Shown piece after piece: positions 39,634 to 50,342 of a DNA stretch of 64,000 nt. The first letter of the stretch is position 1; each line of letters starts with the position of its first letter. The notes under the pieces were generated by a model. The model searched no databases and was not told the DNA's origin. It was given only the letters and a program-made list of their open reading frames with translations. Made by a program: the position numbers and the translations under genes. This DNA is from Paramoeba atlantica (lineage: Eukaryota; Protista; Discosea). Where the stretch lies: assembly GCA_977017575.1 (NCBI GenBank), contig CDRNVI010000029.1, forward strand, positions 496,001 through 560,000, in the 5' to 3' direction.

Positions 39634-41205
39634 ATGGGCATTACTCACACCACAAAAGAGAATAGGCGGCAAAGTCGGCTTCGAAAGCTTCCTCGATTAG
39701 AACGCCTTGCAAAAATGGCGCAGCTGAAGAAAAAGCAGCGCAGAATTTTGAATTCTGACGAGAATCATGCTCTTCTTATGAATAGCGAGCAAGGCCAGCT
39801 ACTACGTTTGCACGAAAACATCCGGCAGAAACGCGCAACTAACCGTTCGGAGAGCATAGATGCAGTTCTAGGAATTATAGAAACTGAATTCCATAAATAC
39901 TGTCGCAGTTCAAAGGTATCGCGTGTAATACAAAGTTGCATTAAATACGCGACAAAAAGTCAACTTCTTCGCATCTACAATCTCTTACTACATCCGAATT
40001 CTGTGAAACCTGGCGAAGGTCTCGAGATGCGAAGTGAAGATGCTTTTTTGCCTACTTCCCTATCTGATTCGATATTCTCATCACTCACTCAGGACACCTG
40101 CGCAGTACATGTTTTTGGGGCACTTGTTCGTCACTCCACACATGCCTTGTACTTATCACTGTACAAATGCTTTCTTCCTCGTATACATCTTCTTGCACGT
40201 TCGACTGCCGGAGCGGGCTTGCTTGACATTTTATATCGAAGCACATATTGTTCCGCAGAAAAAAAGAATTATTTGATTTGCGGGATCATTTTAGGATCTG
40301 AAACTGCTCTGAGCGATAGGCTCGGGAACAAGCCCATGTCCAAAGGTAAAATAATAGATGACATGACTGGCATGCAATTAACTAATACGAAACACGGAGT
40401 CCCGAAGGACAAGGAGATTCTTTTCTTTAGCCAGAAAATGACTAGAGAACAATTCGAATCTCTAATGCATTGTTGTGATTCCTCTCTTTCGAAAGCAAAG
40501 TCGGAAAATAAAATTGTGTACGAAATATGTTACATTGCGCTAGAGCTTGCTGAACAGTTCCAAGAGCAACAGTGGCGGAAAGAGCTGCTACTTGCGCTAC
40601 GGCCTAGGCTTCTCGAATGCGCCAGTATATCTAGGACTGCTTCAATACTATCATCAAACTATTTTTGTGAATGTTCGCCGAAGGAACGCCGTGCGTTTCT
40701 ACAAAATATATGCCCACACGTCGTAGAATTCGTCAGTTCATTTCATGGTGCTCCATTTATTTCTTCTCTTATTGCACAGCAAAAGGATCATCAAGTAGCG
40801 CTAAAAAACATTTTAAAGCCGATAACCGATAACATGGACCGACTTATTTCGGACGATAGCTTATTTCGTCACTTCGGAAAATTTCTTTTAAATATTCTGC
40901 GGCAAATATTCAAGGCAAATATTTTGTTTGACACCTGGCGACAATATCCCCTTGGATCAGGGGATCCAGAGGTTATTAGTCGATATTCATACGCTGCGAG
41001 TATTGTGCTTCCAAGTTTTCTCACCACACTTAAAAAACAAAGTGCGGAATCTTTTGTGAATGCGGGGAACATGCGGCAGATTCTAGAATTTCTAAAAAAG
41101 AAATTGACTCTCAACGATAAGATGCAATTTTCCACTGAACTTTACCATATTTTATTCGAGCTTAGCGAATGGCTGAAAGCCTTAGACAGCAAGTTAGTTG
41201 CTTAG
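39634..41205 (+). CDS. PUM3: Pumilio-repeat nucleolar protein, PUM3/Puf6-like
   Basis: Basic N-terminus, SRVIQSCIKYAT (compare Puf6 SRVxQTLVKY), helical repeats. Confidence 0.7.
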   Translation: MGITHTTKENRRQSRLRKLPRLERLAKMAQLKKKQRRILNSDENHALLMNSEQGQLLRLHENIRQKRATNRSESIDAVLGIIETEFHKYCRSSKVSRVIQSCIKYATKSQLLRIYNLLLHPNSVKPGEGLEMRSEDAFLPTSLSDSIFSSLTQDTCAVHVFGALVRHSTHALYLSLYKCFLPRIHLLARSTAGAGLLDILYRSTYCSAEKKNYLICGIILGSETALSDRLGNKPMSKGKIIDDMTGMQLTNTKHGVPKDKEILFFSQKMTREQFESLMHCCDSSLSKAKSENKIVYEICYIALELAEQFQEQQWRKELLLALRPRLLECASISRTASILSSNYFCECSPKERRAFLQNICPHVVEFVSSFHGAPFISSLIAQQKDHQVALKNILKPITDNMDRLISDDSLFRHFGKFLLNILRQIFKANILFDTWRQYPLGSGDPEVISRYSYAASIVLPSFLTTLKKQSAESFVNAGNMRQILEFLKKKLTLNDKMQFSTELYHILFELSEWLKALDSKLVA

Positions 41206-41681
41206 CATACTCTACAATTCCCTTTTTTCCACGATTTAAGCTACACTGATATGCGATTTACATCTCACAAAGTAACTCGTATGTCTCATTATATCGATCT
41301 ACTCATTCAAATGGTTTAATCATACTTTTAACAAACACAATATATAGGCGTGCAATCTCTTATAGGGGTTATACTTGTAAGGGTATCTTCGCCTACCATA
41401 CCCATACTTTGAACGAGTTTATCCCTCATTGACATTTGAAATTAACACTCAAGGAAAAGACTTTCCAACCATCATTCATTTTGATTTTGAAATGCTATTT
41501 ATGTTTTTGAGCTTACCACTATCATTCATACGTGTAATGTATCGTGGTATGTGTAATGAACATAAATGCTAAGATACATGAATCTCGTCCCGCTTCAGTG
41601 TATTGTCAAAATTACGATCAAGCAAATGATGGGGGTTTATAACAAAAATATACATGTATAACAGAGGAACAACGAAACACC

Positions 41682-42374
41682 ATGTCTTTCAGCTTTGAGG
41701 AGAGTTTTCTCCCGGAAACGAAGTCGGATTCCGAAATTCGAAAACGATCACTAGAAGAAGGTAATGTTCAGTCGAAGGAGAATTCCTCGGGAACTTTCGA
41801 ACATTCGAGCGAGGTATCTTGTAACAAGACGACCATAATTTCAGGGGTAGATAATGTTTTGTCTTTTGTATGCCATAGCCTCCGTGAACTAATTACCAAT
41901 CCAACAAGGGAATGCTGTAACGGCGTTAGGCAGCGGAGTTCACATAATTTACAATCTTCGCATCAAGGCACCCAGAGTTGTTTTCCTTTCCTTTGTTCTC
42001 ATTCTGATGAAGTCGCCGCTGATGTAAATAATCCGAAAAAAAAGAGAAGGGTTACTGCACATGCACTTGAAAAGGCAAGTTGTGGTAGTCAGACAACCAC
42101 AACCCATCGAGGTAACGCAACTAATTCGAATCAAGCCAGTGATAGGGAAAATTTTTGCCGAGTTTTGCATAAACTGCGGACCGTTATTTTTACACGTACT
42201 ATTCCAACAGAGAAAAAGGTTCAGTGCGATCTTCGCGAGGTTCTGAATCCTGTCAGCTGTGTCAAATTAAACAACAGAAGTGTGAAAAAGGAAATGATTA
42301 TTCCCAAGTTAAGACCCCTGAAGGATTCAATGGGGGTTGATGTAGATTCCCGTTTCGAATATACACCACTTTAA
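41682..42374 (+). CDS. Hypothetical, probably nuclear, low-complexity protein
   Basis: 230-aa ORF in the cluster orientation with an NLS-like PKKKRRV. Confidence 0.55.
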   Translation: MSFSFEESFLPETKSDSEIRKRSLEEGNVQSKENSSGTFEHSSEVSCNKTTIISGVDNVLSFVCHSLRELITNPTRECCNGVRQRSSHNLQSSHQGTQSCFPFLCSHSDEVAADVNNPKKKRRVTAHALEKASCGSQTTTTHRGNATNSNQASDRENFCRVLHKLRTVIFTRTIPTEKKVQCDLREVLNPVSCVKLNNRSVKKEMIIPKLRPLKDSMGVDVDSRFEYTPL

Positions 42375-42634
42375 CTAATTGGAAAAAAACGATACGCACA
42401 TCAGCTTGCTAATAGTACTAATGTACCCAGGTTCGACACGCAGTACATGGACAAGTCCTTATGATATTATAGGATGGTGCGAATTTCATCTCAGATTTTG
42501 TTCTATTAATTTACATGTATTTATTGACCTAGGTGAATTAAAGTACTAATTTTTATTTTCTAGTTTCTTAAAATACATAATAATCTAGAATATTTTGGTA
42601 ATTACTCTACTAATAATTTCGACTATCGCATTGC

Positions 42635-43714
42635 GTGGCTCTAAGCTTCGTTTTGCAGTGGCTCTTCAAGAAAGGTAATTGCTTTCACCGGAATCTCTAT
42701 TTAGAAGGAACCATTGGCAGCCATTCTCAAAAGCACATCAAATGTTTAGTGGACCTTGAGCCTCACGTAACTGTTGCAGCGGTGCCTGTTGAATCTTTAC
42801 TATTTGCAGACGATGTGCCCCAACTTTCATCATTTGAGCTCCCAAATGTTTTATTACGTGCCTTTCGTCTCACACCATCAGCATCAACTTTGCCGTCACA
42901 ACCCCTCGAAAGAATTTTAAGTAATTCTCATTGTTTCCCGTCTCTTCTATCAATTTTTCGTCTTTCATGGTGGATAGCACTCCATCGAGCGGAGCTCGAT
43001 AACTTTTGGCCTGTAGTGAATACGAATAGGTATTCAAGTTGGATACGCTGTTTACCGTTACAACCATCGTCAATGTTTTTCGTGAATAAACAGGAGAAAT
43101 ATTTTTCATCCCCCGTAAATGATACCAAAGCATTTAAGATAGCCGAAAAATCAGGTATCACGGCACAACTGATGGAGATACACGAAACTTGCCTTAGGTT
43201 CATTCAGTCTTATCACAATCTCTTGACAAAAGAAAAGGCCATGCTCAGTGAAAAGGATCTGAGTTCTATATTTGTTTCTCCTTCTCTGCGCCTCTTATAT
43301 TGGGCTTGGCGCATTGTGCACAGTACGTTGCTACTTGTTCCGAGTCAAACGAGGAATAAGAAGATAGCCAGCATGCAAGAAAGTCAAAGTGTACCTATTG
43401 AAAGCGTTACGAAAGACGCAGAAATAGCTCTTTGCCCAATGTTGAGTTTCTTCAAAAAACAGAATGGGAAACTACAAATGATGCCGGAAGAGAAGGTTCC
43501 AAATTTGCGAATCGATGTACTACGTGATTTAACTGAGCTCAGAGAACTAAGGCCGCAATGGAGAAAACGCAAATTTTTATCATCCGCTCTTTTTGTTGTT
43601 CTAAGAACCACTTCCCAAGTCAAAAAACATACAAATCTCATTGTAGATACTCGAGAAGACTTTTTTTTTGACAGCAGCAATTTAGCAAAGCATTTGTATA
43701 AACACGGAGGTTAA
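42635..43714 (+). CDS. Degenerate SET-domain (Rubisco-LSMT/SETD3-like) protein; no AUG at the 5' end
   Basis: LQWLFKKG, VAAVPVESLL, YSSWIRCLP, LYWAWRIVHS and ALCPMLSFF occur in SET-family order, but the DxxNH motif is missing. Confidence 0.55.
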   Translation: MALSFVLQWLFKKGNCFHRNLYLEGTIGSHSQKHIKCLVDLEPHVTVAAVPVESLLFADDVPQLSSFELPNVLLRAFRLTPSASTLPSQPLERILSNSHCFPSLLSIFRLSWWIALHRAELDNFWPVVNTNRYSSWIRCLPLQPSSMFFVNKQEKYFSSPVNDTKAFKIAEKSGITAQLMEIHETCLRFIQSYHNLLTKEKAMLSEKDLSSIFVSPSLRLLYWAWRIVHSTLLLVPSQTRNKKIASMQESQSVPIESVTKDAEIALCPMLSFFKKQNGKLQMMPEEKVPNLRIDVLRDLTELRELRPQWRKRKFLSSALFVVLRTTSQVKKHTNLIVDTREDFFFDSSNLAKHLYKHGG

Positions 43715-44010
43715 GGCACTCTGTGGACCATGTGGAGAAAAGTACAGGTGGACACACCCACAACAGTGCTTACTTTGGTGCCTGCTCAAGTATTTCGAAA
43801 ATTTCAAAATCTTAAGATTCTTGAATCTGAGATAATTATTCTTCTAAGATTCTTCTAAGAAAAGAAAATGGCGACGTACTTCCAATTTTTGAAGGATGTG
43901 TTGGCGACTTGTACGGGGGATAATAGATAAACATCATTATAGATACATTGTATGTAAAATACTAACGAACACCTATGTGGCGGGTACCGGCTTTATGATA
44001 GAAAGGACAA

Positions 44011-45057
44011 ATGCGCTTCAATTCCGCATTATGGTATAGCATTTACTTGTTTCGTGGATTCGTTTTTTCTTTAATTATTTGCACGACTGCTTTTACAGGT
44101 TGCTTCGTTCATTTGCCGATAACGTTTCTTCTAGGAAAGTGGAAACAGCGGATTCGATCCGCACTCAAGAGCACTTTTTTCGCACTTGCCGCCTTCTTAA
44201 TCGAATTTATGTATGGTGTAGAATGCTATTCAAATCTGGATGAAATAACTTCAACGAACTCGCTCTCCGGAGCAAATATACTCATGATTTCTAATCATCG
44301 AACACGGATTGATTGGGCTTTGCTCTGGATTCTATTTGCAAGGTATCCTTATTTACTACTGGAGTTAAAGATTACTCTGAAACACAATCTTCGCAAAATT
44401 CCACTCTTTGGATGGGCAATGCGTTCCTTTGACTTCGTTTTTCTACGTCGATCATTCCAGATAGATGAACAAAAGTTATTATCATTGTTTTCCGAGAGCA
44501 GAGGTCCGACAGTTGTACTGCTGTTTCCAGAAGGTACTGATTTGTCTCCGGGAAACCTCGAGAAGTCTCGGAGCTATGCCATTCAAAAACACTTGTCGGT
44601 CACGCAGCACGTGCTAGTACCACGAGCAAAGGGTTTTTCCACTTTGCTGAGGCAAATAAAAACTTGTCCACCGTACTTTGTGCTAGATGTCACCATGGCC
44701 TTTCACGATCGAGCGGGACACCGTCCCTCAGAAGTAAGCTTTTTTGATGGTACTCTACCGTCCCGTGTTTACTACCACGCGAGATTACGGCAAACGTCTG
44801 ATATGACTTCTGAAAGTGAACTTGCTGATCGACTTTTTGAATACTTCGAGGAGAAAGAAATTCTCTTACGACAATTTTACAACCGTGGGTGGGAAAATTT
44901 GTGCTCAAAAACAAAAATACCCACTCTGTGCTACCTTAAAAGTATTGCATTCTGGCTACTGTCAAACCTTATCGTATGTAGATTTATGTGTTACCTTTAC
45001 GTGCCATATACAGTGCTTTGGATGGTTTTCGTGGGTACCGTGTTCTCGCTTACTTAA
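44011..45057 (+). CDS. LCLAT1: Lysocardiolipin/lysophospholipid acyltransferase
   Basis: SNHRTRIDW, FVFLRR, FPEGTD, and TM segments at both ends. Confidence 0.88.
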   Translation: MRFNSALWYSIYLFRGFVFSLIICTTAFTGCFVHLPITFLLGKWKQRIRSALKSTFFALAAFLIEFMYGVECYSNLDEITSTNSLSGANILMISNHRTRIDWALLWILFARYPYLLLELKITLKHNLRKIPLFGWAMRSFDFVFLRRSFQIDEQKLLSLFSESRGPTVVLLFPEGTDLSPGNLEKSRSYAIQKHLSVTQHVLVPRAKGFSTLLRQIKTCPPYFVLDVTMAFHDRAGHRPSEVSFFDGTLPSRVYYHARLRQTSDMTSESELADRLFEYFEEKEILLRQFYNRGWENLCSKTKIPTLCYLKSIAFWLLSNLIVCRFMCYLYVPYTVLWMVFVGTVFSLT

Positions 45058-45214
45058 CGCGGTATAGTAAAATTAATATAATGAAATAGTCGAGTAGAGG
45101 GTTACTGTACCTGCTCGGTTAGTGTATGCTTATTCTTGTTTATATTTTAGAGAGTCCTGTGGAGAACGTATTAAAAGTGCTTTAAGGCTCAGAACCGCTG
45201 TAATCCCGCTATAT

Positions 45215-45290
45215 TTTTTAATGCTCATATATATTAATGCTCCTTTTTTTTTATTGCTCCTTTTTAATGCTCATATATTAATGCTCATAT
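45215..45290. repeat. 26-bp exact direct repeat built from TAATGCTC units
   Basis: TTTTTAATGCTCATATATTAATGCTC at 45215 and 45261. Confidence 0.9.
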
Positions 45291-45412
45291 AAACCATCCT
45301 ATGCGTGAAAGAGTTTTGTTTACATGCCGAGATGCATCAGTTTTTTTTATAATCCACTATAATCCGTCACATCAATAATTACCGTGAAAACATTAATTAA
45401 GAATAACATAAA

Positions 45413-46021
45413 TTAAGGTAACTTTTTTTTGGCACATAATTATTACCTTAATTTCTGGTACCTTAATTAATGTATGAGCCCAGATTTTGTAGCCCAGATT
45501 TCCGGTGTCGATATCTTTCGAAACTTGAACAAAATTCAGTTGAAAGTACCTACAACGCCTTTGTCCAGATGAGTTAGAATATTTGAATTACATGCGTAGA
45601 ATCATAATTCGCAAATAGAACATTAGATACCACACCTTTAATCTCGCGCACCTGTGCATTTTTTTTCGCTCATTTTTTCATTTTTATCTGTTTTTCACGT
45701 CTTTTTCATTGATCTTTCCTCTCCCCTACTTAGTGTTTAATTTTGCCGAATTCTACTAAACACTAAATAGGGGGGGACGGTAATCAATTTTGAGTAATTT
45801 TTAGCAAATAGCTTTTAAGCTTTTTTCGCTTGCAAATAGGTTTTAAGCATGCCTGCCTTATGAGATTTTTGAATGCACGCTGATGGGTTCTAAGTTGAAA
45901 ATAACCATTGCCTTTCACGAAGCGACTAAAAGAAAAATTAATTTTGCGATAGATTTTCGGAAAAATGAGTGACACATAATTATTACCTTAATTTCTGGTA
46001 CCTTAATTTTAATTACCTTAA
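45413..46021. repeat. ~600-bp intergenic unit with 36-bp exact direct repeats and TTAA|GGTAA...TTACC|TTAA ends (possible MITE)
   Basis: CACATAATTATTACCTTAATTTCTGGTACCTTAATT at 45433-45468 and 45973-46008, exactly 540 bp apart. Confidence 0.55.
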
Positions 46022-46098
46022 TAAGCGTTTTGACGGTAGTTATTGAAGTCTTTAATTCCATGCAACTCTGACATTAAACCTGTTGTTAAGTACTTGGG

Positions 46099-48033
46099 AT
46101 GATGCAACGGGATCTTGCTATTTCCCGGGACTCTTCCACGAGTTTGGAGTTACAGAACAATGATGTTTATCTGAATCATATCGTGCATACGAAGGAACAA
46201 CCCGAAGAGGGTAGACGACGCGAACTCGTACTCGTAAAAATCGACCACCTCCTTAAAGAGTGGGTAAGGCGAGAAGTGATTAAGAAAGGTAAAGGCAAAC
46301 TCGCGGCGCAGGAAGCAGGAGGCCGCATGTTCACCTCTGGGAGTTACCGCATGGGGGTACATGGCCCAGGCAGTGACATTGACGTCATTCTAGTCGTGCC
46401 ACAGTTCATCACCTCTGCTGACTTCTTTGAAAGTCTCTATGCGATCCTCAAAGCCCACCCGGACACATCGGAGATTCGCCGCACCCCCGGTGCGCGCCAG
46501 CCCATCATGTCGCTTACATTCATGCAGATCTGTCTGGATATGCAACTCGCGACGCTCCGACAGAGTAGCGTTTCCTCGAATATTGATATATGCGCTGTAG
46601 GGACACTACGAGGGTTGGACCCCACAACGCGTCGCACCCTCTCCGGACCGGCCGTCGCGGAATGTGTTCTGCGTGCGGTGCCCCAAGTTCGGACCTTCCG
46701 GGAGTGCCTCCGTGGGGTGAAGCTGTGGGCCACCTCGCGCGGGGTAACGAGCAGCCGGATGGCCTACATGGGCGGGGTCGCGCTCGCGATTCTGGTCGCC
46801 CGGGTGTGTCAGCTCTACCCGAATCTGTGCTCCGCAGGGCTGCTGCATAAATTTTTCTCCATGTACTCAGGGTGGTTCCGCGCCGACACCACGCAGCACC
46901 GCAATCAGCCGATTTATCTCACTGCGAGTTTGACGGTGAGTGAACCGGAATTACGGAATATCAGTTGGGATAGCGCAAGTAAGATGCGTGATGCCGGCGA
47001 CATTCTGCCTATTATTACCCCCGCGGTGCCTTATCAAAACACATGTGCCCAGGTTAGTCGCTCCACATTGCGGATCATTTGTGAAGAATTCGTTCGGGGG
47101 GCAAATATTTTGGATCGTGGCATGCAAGAAGCACAAAACGCTGCTACAAGTGATTTGTCAGCCAAACAGATATACGAAGCATCGTTCAAAGAGCTATGTC
47201 TCGACACAGAATTTTTTGCTCGCTACCCGTATTTCTTATCCGTCAACGTCAGTTCTGCGGATATGCAAGACTTTAAAGATTATGAATCTGGAGTTGAAAG
47301 TCGTATGGGTGTTCTTTTACGATCACTGGAGAAGAACAATGCTGACCTAACCTGTCACCTGATGCCTCGGATGTTCATGCATCCCGAAGCGGAACCTCCC
47401 GAGCTGGCAACAGGGGCAGACAGACCGAACACCACTAAAATATACACAGCTTGCATATTTATAGGATTTTTAGTGGAACAAAAAAATGCCCAAATCGATA
47501 TTCGAAAGGCGATTCAGGACTTCAAAGACAGTCTAAATAGCCTTGTGGAATCGATGAAGGCGGGAAACAATACGAAGTTAGTACTACTTCCACAAAAGAA
47601 GATTCCCACTTGGATTATCACAGAGGAAGAAAGAAGGAAGCTTCGTCATCAGTACAAGACACAATCCAAACCTATCGTTTTGCCAATCGAAAATATAGAA
47701 AAAAACGGAACTGACTCTGCTACCGGTCATGAAGAAGTTTCGTCCAAACGAATGAAGGTTTCTCATGTGGAACGAATGAAAGAGGACAAATTGGTCACCG
47801 AAAATGAATCAGAATCTCTTAAAGCAAGACGAAATTCTGATATGCTTACGCCTGAGAACAAAATCGTAACAGAAAATGAATCAGAAACTCTTCAACGAAG
47901 AGAAGAACCAGACGTGCCTACCCCTCAATACCCTGAGAAACCAATAAGCAAGGAAGTAGAGGAACCTGAAAGTCTTCCAGGCACAATGAGCGACCAAGAA
48001 ATTGAAGACGTGTTGGCATCAATGTACAATTGA
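46099..48033 (+). CDS. PAP: Canonical poly(A) polymerase, intronless
   Basis: GSYRMGVHGPGSDIDV, VKLWATSRG, YMGGVALAILVARVCQLYPN, IITPAVPYQN. Confidence 0.96.
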   Translation: MMQRDLAISRDSSTSLELQNNDVYLNHIVHTKEQPEEGRRRELVLVKIDHLLKEWVRREVIKKGKGKLAAQEAGGRMFTSGSYRMGVHGPGSDIDVILVVPQFITSADFFESLYAILKAHPDTSEIRRTPGARQPIMSLTFMQICLDMQLATLRQSSVSSNIDICAVGTLRGLDPTTRRTLSGPAVAECVLRAVPQVRTFRECLRGVKLWATSRGVTSSRMAYMGGVALAILVARVCQLYPNLCSAGLLHKFFSMYSGWFRADTTQHRNQPIYLTASLTVSEPELRNISWDSASKMRDAGDILPIITPAVPYQNTCAQVSRSTLRIICEEFVRGANILDRGMQEAQNAATSDLSAKQIYEASFKELCLDTEFFARYPYFLSVNVSSADMQDFKDYESGVESRMGVLLRSLEKNNADLTCHLMPRMFMHPEAEPPELATGADRPNTTKIYTACIFIGFLVEQKNAQIDIRKAIQDFKDSLNSLVESMKAGNNTKLVLLPQKKIPTWIITEEERRKLRHQYKTQSKPIVLPIENIEKNGTDSATGHEEVSSKRMKVSHVERMKEDKLVTENESESLKARRNSDMLTPENKIVTENESETLQRREEPDVPTPQYPEKPISKEVEEPESLPGTMSDQEIEDVLASMYN

Positions 48034-48402
48034 AACAATTCTTATTTGTGCCTTTGATCCATACTTAATGGTTTCCTTCTTATGCGTGAAGGAACATATT
48101 TTGAGATGAGCTACCGAGGCTCCTTCTTCACAAGTGTGGAACTCCCTACTTCAGTGTCATCGATGATGCTATTTTTTACAAACACATTTCTGATGATTGA
48201 ATACGGGCACGTGTAATCGCAGGATTCATGCTTTCTATACATTTTTTTATACAGTATGGAGTAGGGATCCTTTAGTTTAAAAATAAATAAAGAAAAACAA
48301 ATTAAATAAAAAAAAACATTTAGTTTTGATGTCTATTCTAATTCTATTTCCATCCGCCCAAACTTATCACAGCCTTTTTAACAATGACGAAGGCATACAG
48401 CG

Positions 48403-49125
48403 ATGAACACGCAAACACTCGACCAAATACGACCGAACGCAACTTTTTGGCGTGGGAGTAGGCTTTTCTTATCGCATGCAGCTCGTTCTGTTACACCTTC
48501 CACTTGGACATTTCACTATTTTGTTTTACATCAGGAAGTACACACAGATAGAAAGAACATCGGGGAAGAATTCGACATAAGTAGATCATTAGTTCTTCCC
48601 GAAGATATAAGACAAAAGATTAAAATCATGCTTCAATTTTGTCTACGCAGCAGTATCGAGGGATATTTTCAAGCGTTGAAATATAGATGCAAGGATGGCG
48701 CCCGGTATGGCGTTCCATACGTGATTTACCCCAGACAGTCGAGCCACACAGGCCGCGTTTCTGGTCTTTCACATGCGGAAAGCGGTGTTTTAATCGCTAT
48801 TACCAGTAAGGAAACATCTTCTATTATTCCAACATTAAGCAATGCACTTCAAATTCCGATTCGTGAAGTTGAAACAGAGATGCCTGCTGCCATCGCGGAT
48901 GTTTTACCGGAATTAACATGGCGTGATGTTGTTCGAAGCGTACGTATTCTACGCAGTGTTGGGAAATCATTGCGACTATTGGTGATTAAATTGGATGCTT
49001 CATTGTCGCCAAGAACAAAATTTAAAAATAAGAATGTGTTGGTCAATGTCCCACCTATATTTCGTGTAGTTCAGGACGAGGAGTATTCCTATGCAAAAGC
49101 ACATGCTTTATTTTCCAACATTTAG
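48403..49125 (+). CDS. Hypothetical 240-aa protein
   Basis: ORF in the cluster orientation with globular composition. No recognised motif. Confidence 0.65.
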   Translation: MNTQTLDQIRPNATFWRGSRLFLSHAARSVTPSTWTFHYFVLHQEVHTDRKNIGEEFDISRSLVLPEDIRQKIKIMLQFCLRSSIEGYFQALKYRCKDGARYGVPYVIYPRQSSHTGRVSGLSHAESGVLIAITSKETSSIIPTLSNALQIPIREVETEMPAAIADVLPELTWRDVVRSVRILRSVGKSLRLLVIKLDASLSPRTKFKNKNVLVNVPPIFRVVQDEEYSYAKAHALFSNI

Positions 49126-49311
49126 TGTCTACTATACTGTTTATGATTGTTTTCAAAAGCAAAACGATTTCTTTCTATAAAAATGGAACTAAAAAGCGAT
49201 TCTCTTCAACGAGTATTACACTTGAATACCTAAATGGTATCACTGTCGTTCCGCATGGGTATATTCCCAGAAATCTTTCAACATTATTTTTCTACGCTTC
49301 TTAATTTTTAA

Positions 49312-49947
49312 ATGTCCTTCCGCAGTCAGGTTTTTTCGCTATGGTACGTCGTGTCACTGGTGTGTACTCTGTACTTATACACCCTCAACATTGCTCTACC
49401 AGTGTCAGGAGGGTATCCCGCGTACTGCCTTCCTCCGGCCTCGTACGGTAACCGGTCCCGCGCGGCTCCCGTGTCTGCATACTGTCAGCGCCATAAACAG
49501 CTCTACTCCGCGGTCGCACCCTACACGGGTTTAAGCTCTAGGGATCTGCGCGAGGACCTGCGACGTGTTGACAAGACAACGCTAACTCTTTCTCTCTCCC
49601 CTCCCAATTGGTACATTGCGCTCTGCGCCGTACACACCGTATGCATGGCGTGCAGCATTGTTTTTCTCCTCCTCAGTTTGCTCTCCAGCTTCCTTGGTCG
49701 GGTTTTTAAGCCTGTGGCGAATCTGGCGGCGCTTGTGATGATGGTACTCCCGATTGTGTGGTATCAGCTCTCTGCGGTCAGTGGACTGCAGGCGCGTACG
49801 GCTACTGCTTTGTTGCAGTCCTATTTCTCCTCTTCTATCGGCGCGAAGCTTATTCTCTCTGTGTTTTCCCTTCCTATGCTGCAGCTTGCCTACGCAAGCA
49901 CACTGTCTTCTGTCAAAGGTCGTCGAAAAGGCTCGAAGAGAGCTTAG
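49312..49947 (+). CDS. Hypothetical four-TM protein (claudin/SUR7-like topology)
   Basis: TM1, a long Cys-containing loop, three further TM segments and a basic tail. Confidence 0.65.
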   Translation: MSFRSQVFSLWYVVSLVCTLYLYTLNIALPVSGGYPAYCLPPASYGNRSRAAPVSAYCQRHKQLYSAVAPYTGLSSRDLREDLRRVDKTTLTLSLSPPNWYIALCAVHTVCMACSIVFLLLSLLSSFLGRVFKPVANLAALVMMVLPIVWYQLSAVSGLQARTATALLQSYFSSSIGAKLILSVFSLPMLQLAYASTLSSVKGRRKGSKRA

Positions 49948-50342
49948 TGGGAAGTCTTATTCTTCGTTTGAGATAGTACAGTTTTGATTTCGAAGTTTTA
50001 TTGGAATAATGATTCATGACCAATTGAGACAGTTTTTACAAGCTATTTAATTAAACGGAAAAAATCTTTCTGGAGACAAATGAATACCTCAGCGATACGA
50101 AGTTATGGGCGCGAGTTTTTGTTGGAGGAAAGTTAGATTAGTTTTATTGATGAGATCCTTCGGTTCGCATAGAATATCGAGGTTTACACGTTAGCAATCA
50201 TACCGAAAATATGTACGTTGGTCGATACGTGCAACTGTAATGCACGTTAGACAGCATCTCAAAATTTTTTACTTTTTTTATTATTGTGAGGCAATCCGCG
50301 CATTTTTGCTCTTAGTGACCTTTACTCTGTTTCGTTTCAATA

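Noticed and set aside
42424-42445. tRNA T-loop (GGTTCGA)
   Set aside because: The flanks do not form a T stem and there is no cloverleaf.
16040-48033. Functional cluster of mRNA-processing genes (CPSF1, CDC40, DIS3, PAP)
   Set aside because: They are scattered among unrelated genes, and kinetoplastid clusters are not operon-like.
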